Shown here one piece after another: positions 53,138 through 64,000 of a stretch of DNA of 64,000 nt. The notes beneath the pieces are model-generated. The model was not told where the DNA came from. It searched no databases and was given only the letters and a program-made list of their open reading frames with translations. The stretch is from the NCBI GenBank assembly GCA_000165345.1, contig CM000436.1, positions 224,001 to 288,000 on the forward strand, read 5' to 3'. Position numbers and translations under genes: made by a program. Position 1 is the stretch's first letter, and each line of letters begins with the position of its first letter.

Positions 53138-55571
53138 ATGGAATCAAGAATATTAAAGTTTGAGAGTAAGTTTCAAATAATAAAAAGAGGAGATTATAGT
53201 AGAAAATAAAATTTCTGCTTATTGGAAATATATCATTGAAGGAAAAAAATTTTAGAATAAAGTGATTAACTATTTTTCTGTTTCTTTTTAATAAATTTAG
53301 CTAGTGCAGGTAGATTGTGGATTGCAGGAACATATGGAATAAACAAAAAACCTTTTAACAAGAAGATAATTCAGGAAGTAGTCGTAAAGTCAGAAGTGGC
53401 AGATTTTGTTACTTTGGCGAATAATATGAGTTATTCTTTAAGAGTTTCAGCTACACTGTTGAGAGGATTGATGCTCATTTATGATAAGCAATGGATATAT
53501 TTGGGTAAGTTTGGCCTTTAATTCCAATTTGGGGATGATTCTTATAAGAAAGTTTAATACTAAATCGTTATTTTATCTCATTCAGAATCAGATTTGGATA
53601 ATTTATATTTGAGGGTAAGTCTAAAAATAATTACAAATTTTTTTTTGATCATCATTATTAACAAATCATTACTAAAAATAGTTTAGGGAAGGAAGAAATG
53701 AGACAGAAAATAAAAATAATTGTAACACATTAGTTAGGAGGAATAGAGGAGAAAAGAAGAATTCTTTATTGACTGAGTTAATTTCAATAAATTCATCACT
53801 TAGTTTGAATGGCGATAATTTGAGTAATAGCAGTAATAATGATCGAAATGGTGAATTGGTTTTGTCATTGGATGCTGAGAATTTTGTTTTGGACTTAGCA
53901 AACAAAAGTATTGATGAATTGAATTTTGAAAATATTCTTTTCAAAGGTAATGGAAATAGTTCAAATATTGGAAGGATTGAGGATATTACTCTTCCTGAAA
54001 TTAATAGAAATAAATCCAACTTGTCAAGAGATTTTGGAGTTGAGCAGGATTTCGTAAGTCTAGAGGAGAGTAATAATGAAGAAAATGAAGATGAAAGTGG
54101 AAATAGTGGAGGAAAAAATAGCATAAAAAATTCATCAGATAGAAGAGGAGAAAGCCAGATAGTACTATGGTCTTCAATAAATAATGAGGATTTTATGTTT
54201 CAGGGAGAAGAAAGTGAAGAATTACTTGAACAATTAGAAAGAAAAAAGTTAAATGCTGAAAGAAGCAAATTATCGGATCGAGATAAAGAAAATCAGTTTA
54301 TGGAGGAGACTACTGAGATAGTTTGTGAAGCTCAAAATAGAGGAGAAAATAGAAAAAGATCTAGATGTTTAAGTCATCTTGATGTTGATTTAAAGTTTAA
54401 AGGAATTAGCTCTATTAATAAGAATCAGCTTGAAATGTTGGTATTTAATGATGAAATAATTGCTGGTATGGATGAAAGATTAAGAGGTTGGGACTCATAT
54501 AAGTGGTGGCAAACAGAAACCCAAAAAAATGAGAAAAGTCAATTTCTAATAAAGTTCCAAAGCCTTGCAATACGTAGTATGAAAAAATCCAAGAGAATCT
54601 CAGTATCAAACCAAAATGGTAGTAATTTAGACATGTATGAAGCAATAGAAAAACATAGAGGTGAATATGATACAGGAGTTGAGTATAGTAACGTTGATTT
54701 GGGATTTGACCATTTTAATTTGGATAATGGTTTTGTTGGATCTCCAAGTAATCGTTTTAGAAATGGCCGTGATACTATTGAAAGCTCAGTTAATTATTAT
54801 GGAGATGGTGCAAATTCTTCAGGTGGAGCAAGATTACAAAGTGGAAGAGAGTCTATGATTTTCTCAGATAGTAGACGAGGTTCCAATGATGGAGTTAGGT
54901 TATCAACCATGTTAGAAACTGGGTCAGTATTATCATACAATAGTTCTCCTTTCCAGTTTGAAAAAAACTTAATGGGTATCCGAAGAGATTCGTCTAATTC
55001 TGAATTACAAAGAATTGTGAGATCTGGAAGGCTTAGTGGATCAATAGTAGGTAATAGCTACGATAAACAATACAGAACAAATTCTATTGCAACCAGTATT
55101 AGTGATATATTTTGTATGGAGGAAATTAAATCATCTAATTGGAGCAAAAGTGGAATCACTACAAGTAGTGGAACTTATAATTTGAAGACTTATACTGTTC
55201 AGAAATTCATTGCAACTAGAATGAAAGAAATTAGAGAAATTAGAAAGATTAATGAAGAAAATGGCTACTTAATGGACAATAATACTTCAAACAAAGAAAA
55301 TATAGGTAGCCATAATAGAGAGGAAGAAAATTCTGGAACTTTCAATAAGAAAAAAGACAATAGAAATGTTGAATCTGATGATAATGAAGAAGAAATGTCA
55401 ATTTACTTAAGTGAATTATTACCAGAAAAAACTGCTACAAAATGTACTGCTGCAGTTTTTTTCTATCATCTATTAGTTCTTGCAACATATAATGAAATCA
55501 AACTCACTCAAAGTACACCTGGGGGTAATATTAAGATTACAAAAACTAGCTCATTTAATGAAGAAAGTTAA
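53138..55571 (+). CDS. RAD21: cohesin kleisin subunit Rad21/Rec8 (SCC1) homolog with 4 exons: 53138-53165, 53301-53504, 53586-53614 and 53682-55571.
   Basis: The spliced N-terminus MESRILKFETSAGRLWIAGTYGINKKPF...SLRVSATLLRGLMLIYDKQWIYL matches the Rad21_Rec8 N-domain (IWLAAH...[23 protein letters not shown]). The C-terminus KCTAAVFFYHLLVLATYNEIKLTQSTPGGNIKI matches the Rad21 winged-helix C-domain ([31 protein letters not shown]). GTAAGT donors sit at 53166, 53505 and 53615. The ORF track start at 53769 is a TTG codon inside exon 4. Confidence 0.8.
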
Positions 55572-55943
55572 GAATAAAGCTGGTATTGTATTAATTTATA
55601 TATTTTATGGGTACTATTTAAGAAAAAGGCGGTAACTTCTGGCAAATTTATTGTCAATATTTTAGCCTAATAAATTACGTGTTATATTAATATTTATATT
55701 ATACAGGAATAATTAAAACTTGATCACGAAAACAAAAATCAATTTATTAAAAATTGAAAGGAAAAAATAAACTTAAAGTGGGAGATTATTTTCTTCATTA
55801 CCTTTTTGTTATTTTTTGGAGATATTTATTATAGTTTATAAAAATAAGGGATTGAAGGATAATTAAAGAATTCAATCATTGACTGAGATTAATATAATAA
55901 TATCAAACATTATTAATTTGAATAAGTACATTTAAATTAAAGA

Positions 55944-57914
55944 ATGAATCGGAAAACACTTATAGAAAGAAGAGAAGCACTTGAGAATCTTTTAAAGAGA
56001 AGGTTTTTTATAGCTCCATCTTTTGAAATATATGGAGGAGTAGCAGGACTATTTGACTATGGTCCTCCAGGATGTGCATTAAAGTCAGAAGTTGAGAGTT
56101 TCTGGAGAAGACATTTTGTATTAGCTGAAGATATGTTGGAGATTAGTGCAACTTGTTTAACTCCATATAACCCTTTAAAGGCATCGGGTCATGTTGATAG
56201 ATTTACTGATTCAATGATAACAGATATAAAAACTAATGAATATTATAGAGCTGATAAAGTTTTAGAAGAGTATGTTGAAAATAGATTAAAGGAAAAATCT
56301 TCAAATCCCCCAAAGTCAGAGGAAGAGAAGAATGAATTAGAAACTTTGGGAATTAAGGCAGGTTCAATGAGTATTGATGAGATAAAAGAAAGTTTAAATA
56401 AGTACCAAATTAAGCCACCAAGTGGTGGAGAATGGTCAGAACCATATCCATTCAATTTAATGTTCAGAACAAAAATTGGCCCTAAAGAGGTTGAAGGAAA
56501 GAATGATAGTGTTGGTTTTATGAGACCTGAAACCGCACAAGGAATTTTTGTGAATTTTAAAAGATTATATGAATATAATGGAAAAAAACTACCATTTTCA
56601 GTAGCTCAAATTGGTTTGGGATTTAGAAATGAAATTGCTCCTAGAAATGGACTTTTAAGAGTTAGAGAATTCCAGATGGCAGAAATTGAACATTTTATAC
56701 ATCCTGATAGAAAGGATCATCCTAAATTTGATGATGTTGCCTTAAAATGTCTTCCATTATATTCAAGTAAGACTCAACTTAATAATGGTGAAATTGAGAG
56801 AAATATTACATTAAAAGAAGCAGTACATGGTGAAGAAAAGATTATTAATAATGAAACTTTAGCTTATTTCTTATCTAGAACTTATGATTTTCTTATTTCT
56901 ATTGGTATTAATCCAGATGGAATAAGATTTAGACAACATTTAAGTACTGAAATGGCACATTATGCAAGCGATTGCTGGGATGCTGAAGTATTGACATCAT
57001 ATGGTTGGATTGAATGTGCTGGTCATGCTGATAGATCATGTTATGACTTATTACAACATTCAAAAGCAACAAAAACTGATTTATTTGCATCTGAAAAGTA
57101 TGATGAGCCTCAATTCAAGACAGTTTTAGTATTAACATTAAATAAACCATTAATAGGAAAAACATTTAAACAGGAGGCATCATTAGTAACAGAAGCATTA
57201 CAAGAGATTGCAAATAAAGGAGATATTAGTTTCCAGGAAAAGCTCAATCAATCTAATAAGGCTCTTTTAAAATATAAATCATGCGAAAATGGAAAAGAAT
57301 ATCAATGGGAGATATCATCAGAAATGGCCAAATTTGAATTCCAGACAAAGAAAGTAACAGAAGAGCAATTTACTCCTGGTGTTATTGAACCTTCATTTGG
57401 AATTGGAAGAATAATATATTGTTTATTGGAACATAGTTTTAAAATTAGAGAGGATTTATCTGAAATTCAAGATCAGAGTACTGGTAATAAAAATACAAAT
57501 AATTCACCTGATAACGAAATGCAGAGAAGTTATTTATCTTTACCAGCTTTAATTGCTCCAGTAAAATGTTCAATATTACCTATAAGTTCTAATGCAATTT
57601 TTAATGATTTGATAAATCTTTTACATAAAAGTTTTATTAATCATGGTATTTCATGCAAAGTAGATACATCATCTGCTTCAATTGGAAGAAGATATGCAAG
57701 AACTGATGAAATTGGTATTCCTTTTGGTATTACTATAGATTTTCAAAGTGTAAAAGATGATACTGTAACATTAAGAGAGAGAGATTCAATGAAACAAGTT
57801 AGAATATCATCATCAGAAGTTCCATCTGTAATTTCAAAGATTATTAATCAACAAATTACTTGGGAAAATGTTTTAGAGAATTATCCATTATTCACTCAAC
57901 AATCAAATGAATAG
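55944..57914 (+). CDS. GARS: glycyl-tRNA synthetase (class II, eukaryotic alpha2 type)
   Basis: LLKRRFFIAPSFEIYGGVAGLFDYGPPGCALK, FRNEIAPRNGLLRVREFQMAEIEHF and a C-terminal anticodon-binding domain. It is colinear with eukaryotic GlyRS. Confidence 0.95.
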   Translation: MNRKTLIERREALENLLKRRFFIAPSFEIYGGVAGLFDYGPPGCALKSEVESFWRRHFVLAEDMLEISATCLTPYNPLKASGHVDRFTDSMITDIKTNEYYRADKVLEEYVENRLKEKSSNPPKSEEEKNELETLGIKAGSMSIDEIKESLNKYQIKPPSGGEWSEPYPFNLMFRTKIGPKEVEGKNDSVGFMRPETAQGIFVNFKRLYEYNGKKLPFSVAQIGLGFRNEIAPRNGLLRVREFQMAEIEHFIHPDRKDHPKFDDVALKCLPLYSSKTQLNNGEIERNITLKEAVHGEEKIINNETLAYFLSRTYDFLISIGINPDGIRFRQHLSTEMAHYASDCWDAEVLTSYGWIECAGHADRSCYDLLQHSKATKTDLFASEKYDEPQFKTVLVLTLNKPLIGKTFKQEASLVTEALQEIANKGDISFQEKLNQSNKALLKYKSCENGKEYQWEISSEMAKFEFQTKKVTEEQFTPGVIEPSFGIGRIIYCLLEHSFKIREDLSEIQDQSTGNKNTNNSPDNEMQRSYLSLPALIAPVKCSILPISSNAIFNDLINLLHKSFINHGISCKVDTSSASIGRRYARTDEIGIPFGITIDFQSVKDDTVTLRERDSMKQVRISSSEVPSVISKIINQQITWENVLENYPLFTQQSNE

Positions 57915-58061
57915 AGATAATTTTGGATACTTGTTATTGAAAAAAATATGTAAATTTTAAAGGGATAAATAAAAGAAAATTGTTATTATAAATGATTTAA
58001 AATAAAGTCTATTTACTTATTTATTGATCTATCTCTCCAAGCAGATTTTCCTTTAATCATT

Positions 58062-58878
<817 letters not shown>

Positions 58879-59712
58879 TTAAATAGTAATCAAAATGTAT
58901 CAAAATTCAAGCCAAGCTCCACTTCATATATATTATTAATTAAATGGTGAAAGAAAAATCCAAATATCAAGTTTGAAAGAAATTATTAATTAATTTGATA
59001 AATGACTTTTCAGATTATCAATTTTAACTTCACACTAAGATAAAAAAAATTAATTTGTGGCAAATTTCGGAATTAAAGACAAATTTCTACGCCTTTTTCA
59101 AACTTACCTAGAATATATTGAAAAAAGAATTTAAGAGAAGCCAATGCAATACTGAACTTCCTTTTTCAAAATACTTTAATTCATAAAAATCCCCACAGAT
59201 ATTCCTCTTTTTTTTAATTTCCTCTTTTTTTTTTTTTAATCTCTTTCTCCTTTCTTTACAATTTCCTTATTTAATTTTGTGTTTATTTTTTACATTTAGA
59301 CTCACAAAATCAGTTTTTGGCGCCGAGTAGCGCCAACAGATCAAAGAAATTTATTATAAAATAATTTTATGACAAGTTATGTAAGAATGGAAATAAAAAT
59401 TTTTAACAAGATTTAACAATTTCAGAAAAAATTCAGAGTTGCATATAAAAACAGTTTTGAGAAATTATATTCTATTTAACATTTTTGATCATTTTACCAT
59501 TTATTTTTGATATCTATCAACTTTATTTAAAAAAAAAAAAAAAAAGCCCCCACAAACGCACTTTAGCTGATACCGGCATTATTTCATAATTATCCACATG
59601 CATTAATTATTAATAATAATTTTCATGTGGACGCATGCATTAATTGTCAAAGTCTGCAAATAAAAAGCACCGGCATATAATTTTAGTTTGATAAATGTTT
59701 GTACGTGTGGGT

Positions 59713-59790
<78 letters not shown>

Positions 59791-60842
59791 GATTGAAATA
59801 TATTTTGTAGGAAATGGAAGAATATCAATGGAATATATAAGTGAGAAACTTTATTATTGTGAATAAAGAGGAGGAAATGGGAATGATATGTGAAAAGAAG
59901 ATTTAAAAAAAATTAAGTAAAAAGTTTTCTATTAATATTCAAAACAAGTATTTATTAAATTAACAAATCACGAATTCATATTATTTAATTGGTAAAAGTA
60001 TTTAAATTAAATTATTAATCATTTTACTAAGCAAAAATTCACTTAATTATATCAAGATACCAAAATTCCGTTTTGGCGGCAAACACACAAAATTATGATA
60101 CTTGGGAATTGGATTGAATAGAGGGTGGATGTGGAAGGATATTATATGATGCATTGGATTTTATTTTAATGATCTTAACATCAATATCATTTATTAATAA
60201 TATTATTATTATTTATAATAACAATAATATACCTATAAATAAATATTATTTTATTGCTATTTAATTGCAATATTTTTTCTTATTGGTTTTATTTCAAAAA
60301 AGTTGATACTTGAGTAATAAATACAAAGTAGGAAAGAAATTGTGATTAAGATAAAATATTAAAGTGTATTTTATGGCAAATAATATGGTATAAAGATCGG
60401 TATAAAAAGGGGAATATACGTGAACTAAGGTTATTTTTCATATGTAAACAGGTAATAAAGTGTGTGAATTTAAAGATTTGTTTTGTTTTTTATTGTCAAG
60501 CACAAAATTTAATGGTGCTCAATATATTTTAGTAAGGCCAAGGTAATTTTGGATCAATTTTAAGGGTTTAATAGTTATATAAATCAGGTATATTTAGAAA
60601 CAGGGTTAAAGCAAAAGTTAAACCTATATGAAACTCATTATTAAAAGGAAATCCAAATAAAGTTATTAAGATACATATAAGGGAGTGTAATTGATAATTA
60701 GGGTGTTTTTAAACATAACAGAAATAATAAAAGGTAACAGGTTCAGATTCAGGTTAATTTCAGGTTGGGAATTATAATCAAAAGTGTCGTTTATTTTAAT
60801 TTTTAATATTTTACATTTAAGAAATTTTTAGAATTAGAGAAA

Positions 60843-62939
60843 ATGAAGTTTAATTCAAAGAATGAACGAACAAAAGAGTTAAAATGTGACGAAGATGTGA
60901 AAATAGTTATGCATTCAAATGAATTAGGAGTGGAGCTTCCAACATTAGAAACTACTGATTCCATTGATAGACAATCCAATGATTCAATCAGTTCAGCTCA
61001 AATTATTAGCTTAACTCCTAAAAGGTGTTCCAAAGGAAAAGAAATGTCAAATATTGAATATATGGCCTCTTTTGGAAAAGAAAATAGAGATTTAAATCAT
61101 GGAGATGTTACAAATAATATGTTTGGATCACAATCTTCTTCTTTGGTTAATAGTGTTGAAAGAACAACAGCTCCCTCATCTATGATGGGTAGTCTATCTA
61201 GATATGATAGTTGTTATCACTCAAATTTAAGTCCAAACACAAATTTTCAAACTCCTTCTGGAAGAGATCCAAAGAGAAGAAATATCTCAAATATATCATC
61301 TTTAGGTGAAAGTTTTCAAAATAGGGAAAATGAAAAATCAAATAACTCAAATTTTTTGGGGTCCAGGAAAGACTTAGTGGAATCTAATGGTTTGACAAAT
61401 ATTTCGGGAGCATCGAATAGTACGATTCAGTCTAATCAGATTAATAATTCAGTTCTTCTTTCGGCCGTTCTTCAAGTTATAGCTTCTATTCAGAAACTGA
61501 AGAATGGAGAACAAGCAAATGCAGTTAGTAGAGGTAGAATGGCAACGAATACAGCAAATATAAATAATGCTAATACCGTCATGAGCAATGGAGCAATTAT
61601 TAACAATAATGCTGCAACACAAATCCTTGGTTCAAAGCTCCCTGGAGTACATCCAACTACAGCAGCTTTGGCTCTGGCCTATTCTCTTTCAGTTGCGGCT
61701 TCTGCAAAGAGGACTTTAAGCGGAACACCAGTAAACTCTGATGACATCATTCAAGGTTTGAATCAGATAATTTCAGAAAAAAATTCTAGTAATAGTCTTG
61801 CAATGAATACAGAAAATACTGATAATCTGAAAATCACTGGCGAGCTCATACAAAGTATTGTTTCGTCCTTGAGTTCTTTGATTTCTAATTCTCAAGGAGA
61901 ATCTGCAAATACTATTCAAAAAAAAGATAAAGATTGTTTAATTTCTCCAAAAAGGACAAATGAATTGAGTGACATTTCCAAGGTATCAAAACTAGGGGGA
62001 ATAGATTCCAGAACTTCAGGATCCTCATATAACTTGAAGCTACCACCGATGGATTTTATAATAAACGAAAAATCATTATGCAACGATTTTAGAAAAGCCA
62101 ATAACTTCCAAAATGTGGGGAATAATAATTTTAATCTGAATAAGTCAGTTCTTTTAGACGTAACTAATAATATTAGCAATGCTAATAATTATAAGTTTCA
62201 ATCATATTTAGAAGCAGAATCGAGTTTGGGTATGGAGCCTAGAATTGAGGATTCTTTTAGTCAGATTGAGTATGTAAATCAAGCTTCTCAAATGAACAGA
62301 TTAAATCATTCTAAAAGTATGGCTAGTAATACTGAAAATATTCAAAATGAGATTAATAATAATTCTCGATTATTACGTGAGAATAATTATAATCCTTTAT
62401 TATCCGAAATTTCTAGATGTTCAGAAAAGAAAATTATTCTCGAATCTAGCAATAATTGTATATGGAATGATTTGTTATATAACCAAGTATTTGATCATGT
62501 TGATTTTGAAACTCCATTTACTCGTAAACACGCTTATATGAGAAATGAGCTGGTATTTTGTAATAAGCCAATATTGGAAATTGATCATGGAGGAGATTCA
62601 TTCTCAATGCCAAGTTATATACGTATCCCAAGCAATAATTTTCCAAATTCTAATAATAGAAATGGATATTCAAATAATAATAATATAAATCATTCCAATA
62701 TATATAACAATTCCAAGCCTAATTTTACTCATTCATCTAAATATCCGCCTCCAAATAATTTTGATTTTTATAATTTGCATAAGTACAACCCCAGAATTCA
62801 GTCATTCTGTGACGATCTTCTCGTAAACACGAATAGCCGAAGAAATTCCCAGATATTTAATTCCATTAACTACTTAATGCAAATAGTTGGCGATGGAAAC
62901 ATGAATAATAATAATAATAGTAATAATAATGGTAAATAA
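60843..62939 (+). CDS. hypothetical Asn/Ser-rich low-complexity protein, 698 aa
   Basis: Long ATG-initiated ORF with no detectable domain. Poly-N tracts lie near the C-terminus. Confidence 0.5.
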   Translation: MKFNSKNERTKELKCDEDVKIVMHSNELGVELPTLETTDSIDRQSNDSISSAQIISLTPKRCSKGKEMSNIEYMASFGKENRDLNHGDVTNNMFGSQSSSLVNSVERTTAPSSMMGSLSRYDSCYHSNLSPNTNFQTPSGRDPKRRNISNISSLGESFQNRENEKSNNSNFLGSRKDLVESNGLTNISGASNSTIQSNQINNSVLLSAVLQVIASIQKLKNGEQANAVSRGRMATNTANINNANTVMSNGAIINNNAATQILGSKLPGVHPTTAALALAYSLSVAASAKRTLSGTPVNSDDIIQGLNQIISEKNSSNSLAMNTENTDNLKITGELIQSIVSSLSSLISNSQGESANTIQKKDKDCLISPKRTNELSDISKVSKLGGIDSRTSGSSYNLKLPPMDFIINEKSLCNDFRKANNFQNVGNNNFNLNKSVLLDVTNNISNANNYKFQSYLEAESSLGMEPRIEDSFSQIEYVNQASQMNRLNHSKSMASNTENIQNEINNNSRLLRENNYNPLLSEISRCSEKKIILESSNNCIWNDLLYNQVFDHVDFETPFTRKHAYMRNELVFCNKPILEIDHGGDSFSMPSYIRIPSNNFPNSNNRNGYSNNNNINHSNIYNNSKPNFTHSSKYPPPNNFDFYNLHKYNPRIQSFCDDLLVNTNSRRNSQIFNSINYLMQIVGDGNMNNNNNSNNNGK

Positions 62940-63224
62940 ATAAAATCTATTTCTTCCGAGATATTCATTCCATCTCACACATTGTAGTATTTTTTATATT
63001 TTCATTTGAATGTATAAAATCAAAATAAATATTAACACATCTTTTTCATTGATTAAATATTATTATACCCATGTATATTCCATAGTCCATTAAAATAAGT
63101 AAATATTTAACTAATAACTTATTGTATTTTCTCTTTAAAAGATTGATATATAGAACCCTTATTCATTTGTATAACTATTTTTCTTTGTATTCCAACATAA
63201 TAAATCTACTCTCCATCACCTTGT

Positions 63225-64000
63225 TTAATATTTATTCCCATAACACGGAAAATTTGGACCTCCAGGAATCGAACCTGGATGCACGCCCATGCTCATAAAA
63301 TTTCCATTGCCGGTGCCACTTTCGCATGCAAAATTGGAATTGGCGCCGTTATTATTATTATTGTAAATGTATGGATTATTTAAACCTCCATTTCCATTAT
63401 TATATTGATTATTTACTGAATATTGATTACCTTCAAAATTTGCTGTCATTTGATTTGGATTTCCATTTTGATACGGTAACTGCGTGTGATGTAGTTGTAA
63501 TTTATCTGAATGTGAAAAGTATTGTGAATGAATATGTGAATTTTGACTTGAATTTGGGTACATTTGTTGCGCTTGCGTCTGAGAATGGAAAGAGGCGGTA
63601 AAGTCATGTCCATTATTATGGTTATAGAATGGAATTCTTCCCCTATTTTGTTGAATATCTTGTGCAATATATGCATTATTTGGGGCACTATATGAAAATT
63701 GTGAATAGTTATTTTGAAAGTTTTGGAATAATAAATTGCCTTGATTGTAACCAAATTCAGTTTCTGAAGTTCGTCTTGTTATTTGATTTTGGTGATTATC
63801 TTTTCTTAAGCTTAGGTCAAAATTAGAAAGGGAATTTTGTCCATAAATATTTCCGCTTCCAAATTGTTTAAATCGATTAAAGTTCTTATCTTTATTGTAT
63901 TGAAATTTTCCACTTGAGTTTGTAAGATTTTGGTTTGATGCTCTTCTATTGTTTTTGTTCTTAATGTAGTGACCCTGGTTATTGTTATTAGGCTTCTTTT
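63225..64000 (-). CDS. hypothetical Gln/Asn-rich protein, 3' part only; the 5' end lies beyond the window
   Basis: The minus-strand frame is open from the window edge to the stop at 63225. I verified by hand that the codons upstream of the ORF-track Met at 63563 continue in frame (…TASFHSQTQAQQM…). It is Q/N/Y-rich and ends PGGPNFPCYGNKY. Confidence 0.5.
   Translation of the reverse strand, partial: KKPNNNNQGHYIKNKNNRRASNQNLTNSSGKFQYNKDKNFNRFKQFGSGNIYGQNSLSNFDLSLRKDNHQNQITRRTSETEFGYNQGNLLFQNFQNNYSQFSYSAPNNAYIAQDIQQNRGRIPFYNHNNGHDFTASFHSQTQAQQMYPNSSQNSHIHSQYFSHSDKLQLHHTQLPYQNGNPNQMTANFEGNQYSVNNQYNNGNGGLNNPYIYNNNNNGANSNFACESGTGNGNFMSMGVHPGSIPGGPNFPCYGNKY

Overview
The window is 64 kb of AT-rich (about 30% GC) eukaryotic nuclear DNA, and I think it is from an apicomplexan of the Cryptosporidium type. 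An ApiAP2-type DNA-binding domain is encoded at 2975-3165. Serine- and asparagine-rich low-complexity proteins are frequent. Introns are few and short (60-180 nt) with GTAAGT donors and ...AG acceptors. The intergenic regions carry E2F-like TTTGGCGCC/GGCGGGAA and TGCATGCA-type motifs. The standard genetic code applies, with TAA/TAG/TGA used as stops. There is no prokaryotic operon structure, CRISPR array, rRNA gene, convincing tRNA gene or transposon.

Gene density is high, with 24 protein-coding genes and about one gene per 2.7 kb. The ORF track evidently allows TTG and GTG starts, so I trimmed several ORFs to the first ATG: 1256, 21423, 26416, 35656, 36011 and 38691.

Genes recognised with good support:
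- 26S proteasome ATPase Rpt4/PSMC6
- coatomer alpha
- DNA polymerase alpha subunit B
- TFIIB
- CobW/ZNG1-type GTPase
- UTP6
- a Vps11/Vps18-like class C core subunit
- UDP-glucose 6-dehydrogenase
- RBX1
- an adaptor-complex mu subunit whose N-terminus is AP-4-like
- a 2111-aa protein of the Chorein-N (VPS13/ATG2) family
- a 4-exon EF-hand myosin-light-chain-like gene
- a Rad21/Rec8 kleisin reconstructed across 3 small 5' introns
- glycyl-tRNA synthetase
- a 2-exon Rab4-like GTPase
- an NSRP1/CCDC55-like protein
- an LLP-homolog-like small basic protein

Several hypothetical low-complexity proteins and one large 7-exon helical protein of unknown identity are also present.

The most interesting non-coding signal is a recurrent composite promoter module: E2F-like GGCGCC/GGCGGG sites, GCATGC palindromes, ACCGGTATATAA and CATGTGGAC. 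It lies upstream of most genes, and two copies lie inside long coding exons. I could not identify any single novel multi-gene system, which would not be expected in a eukaryotic window.
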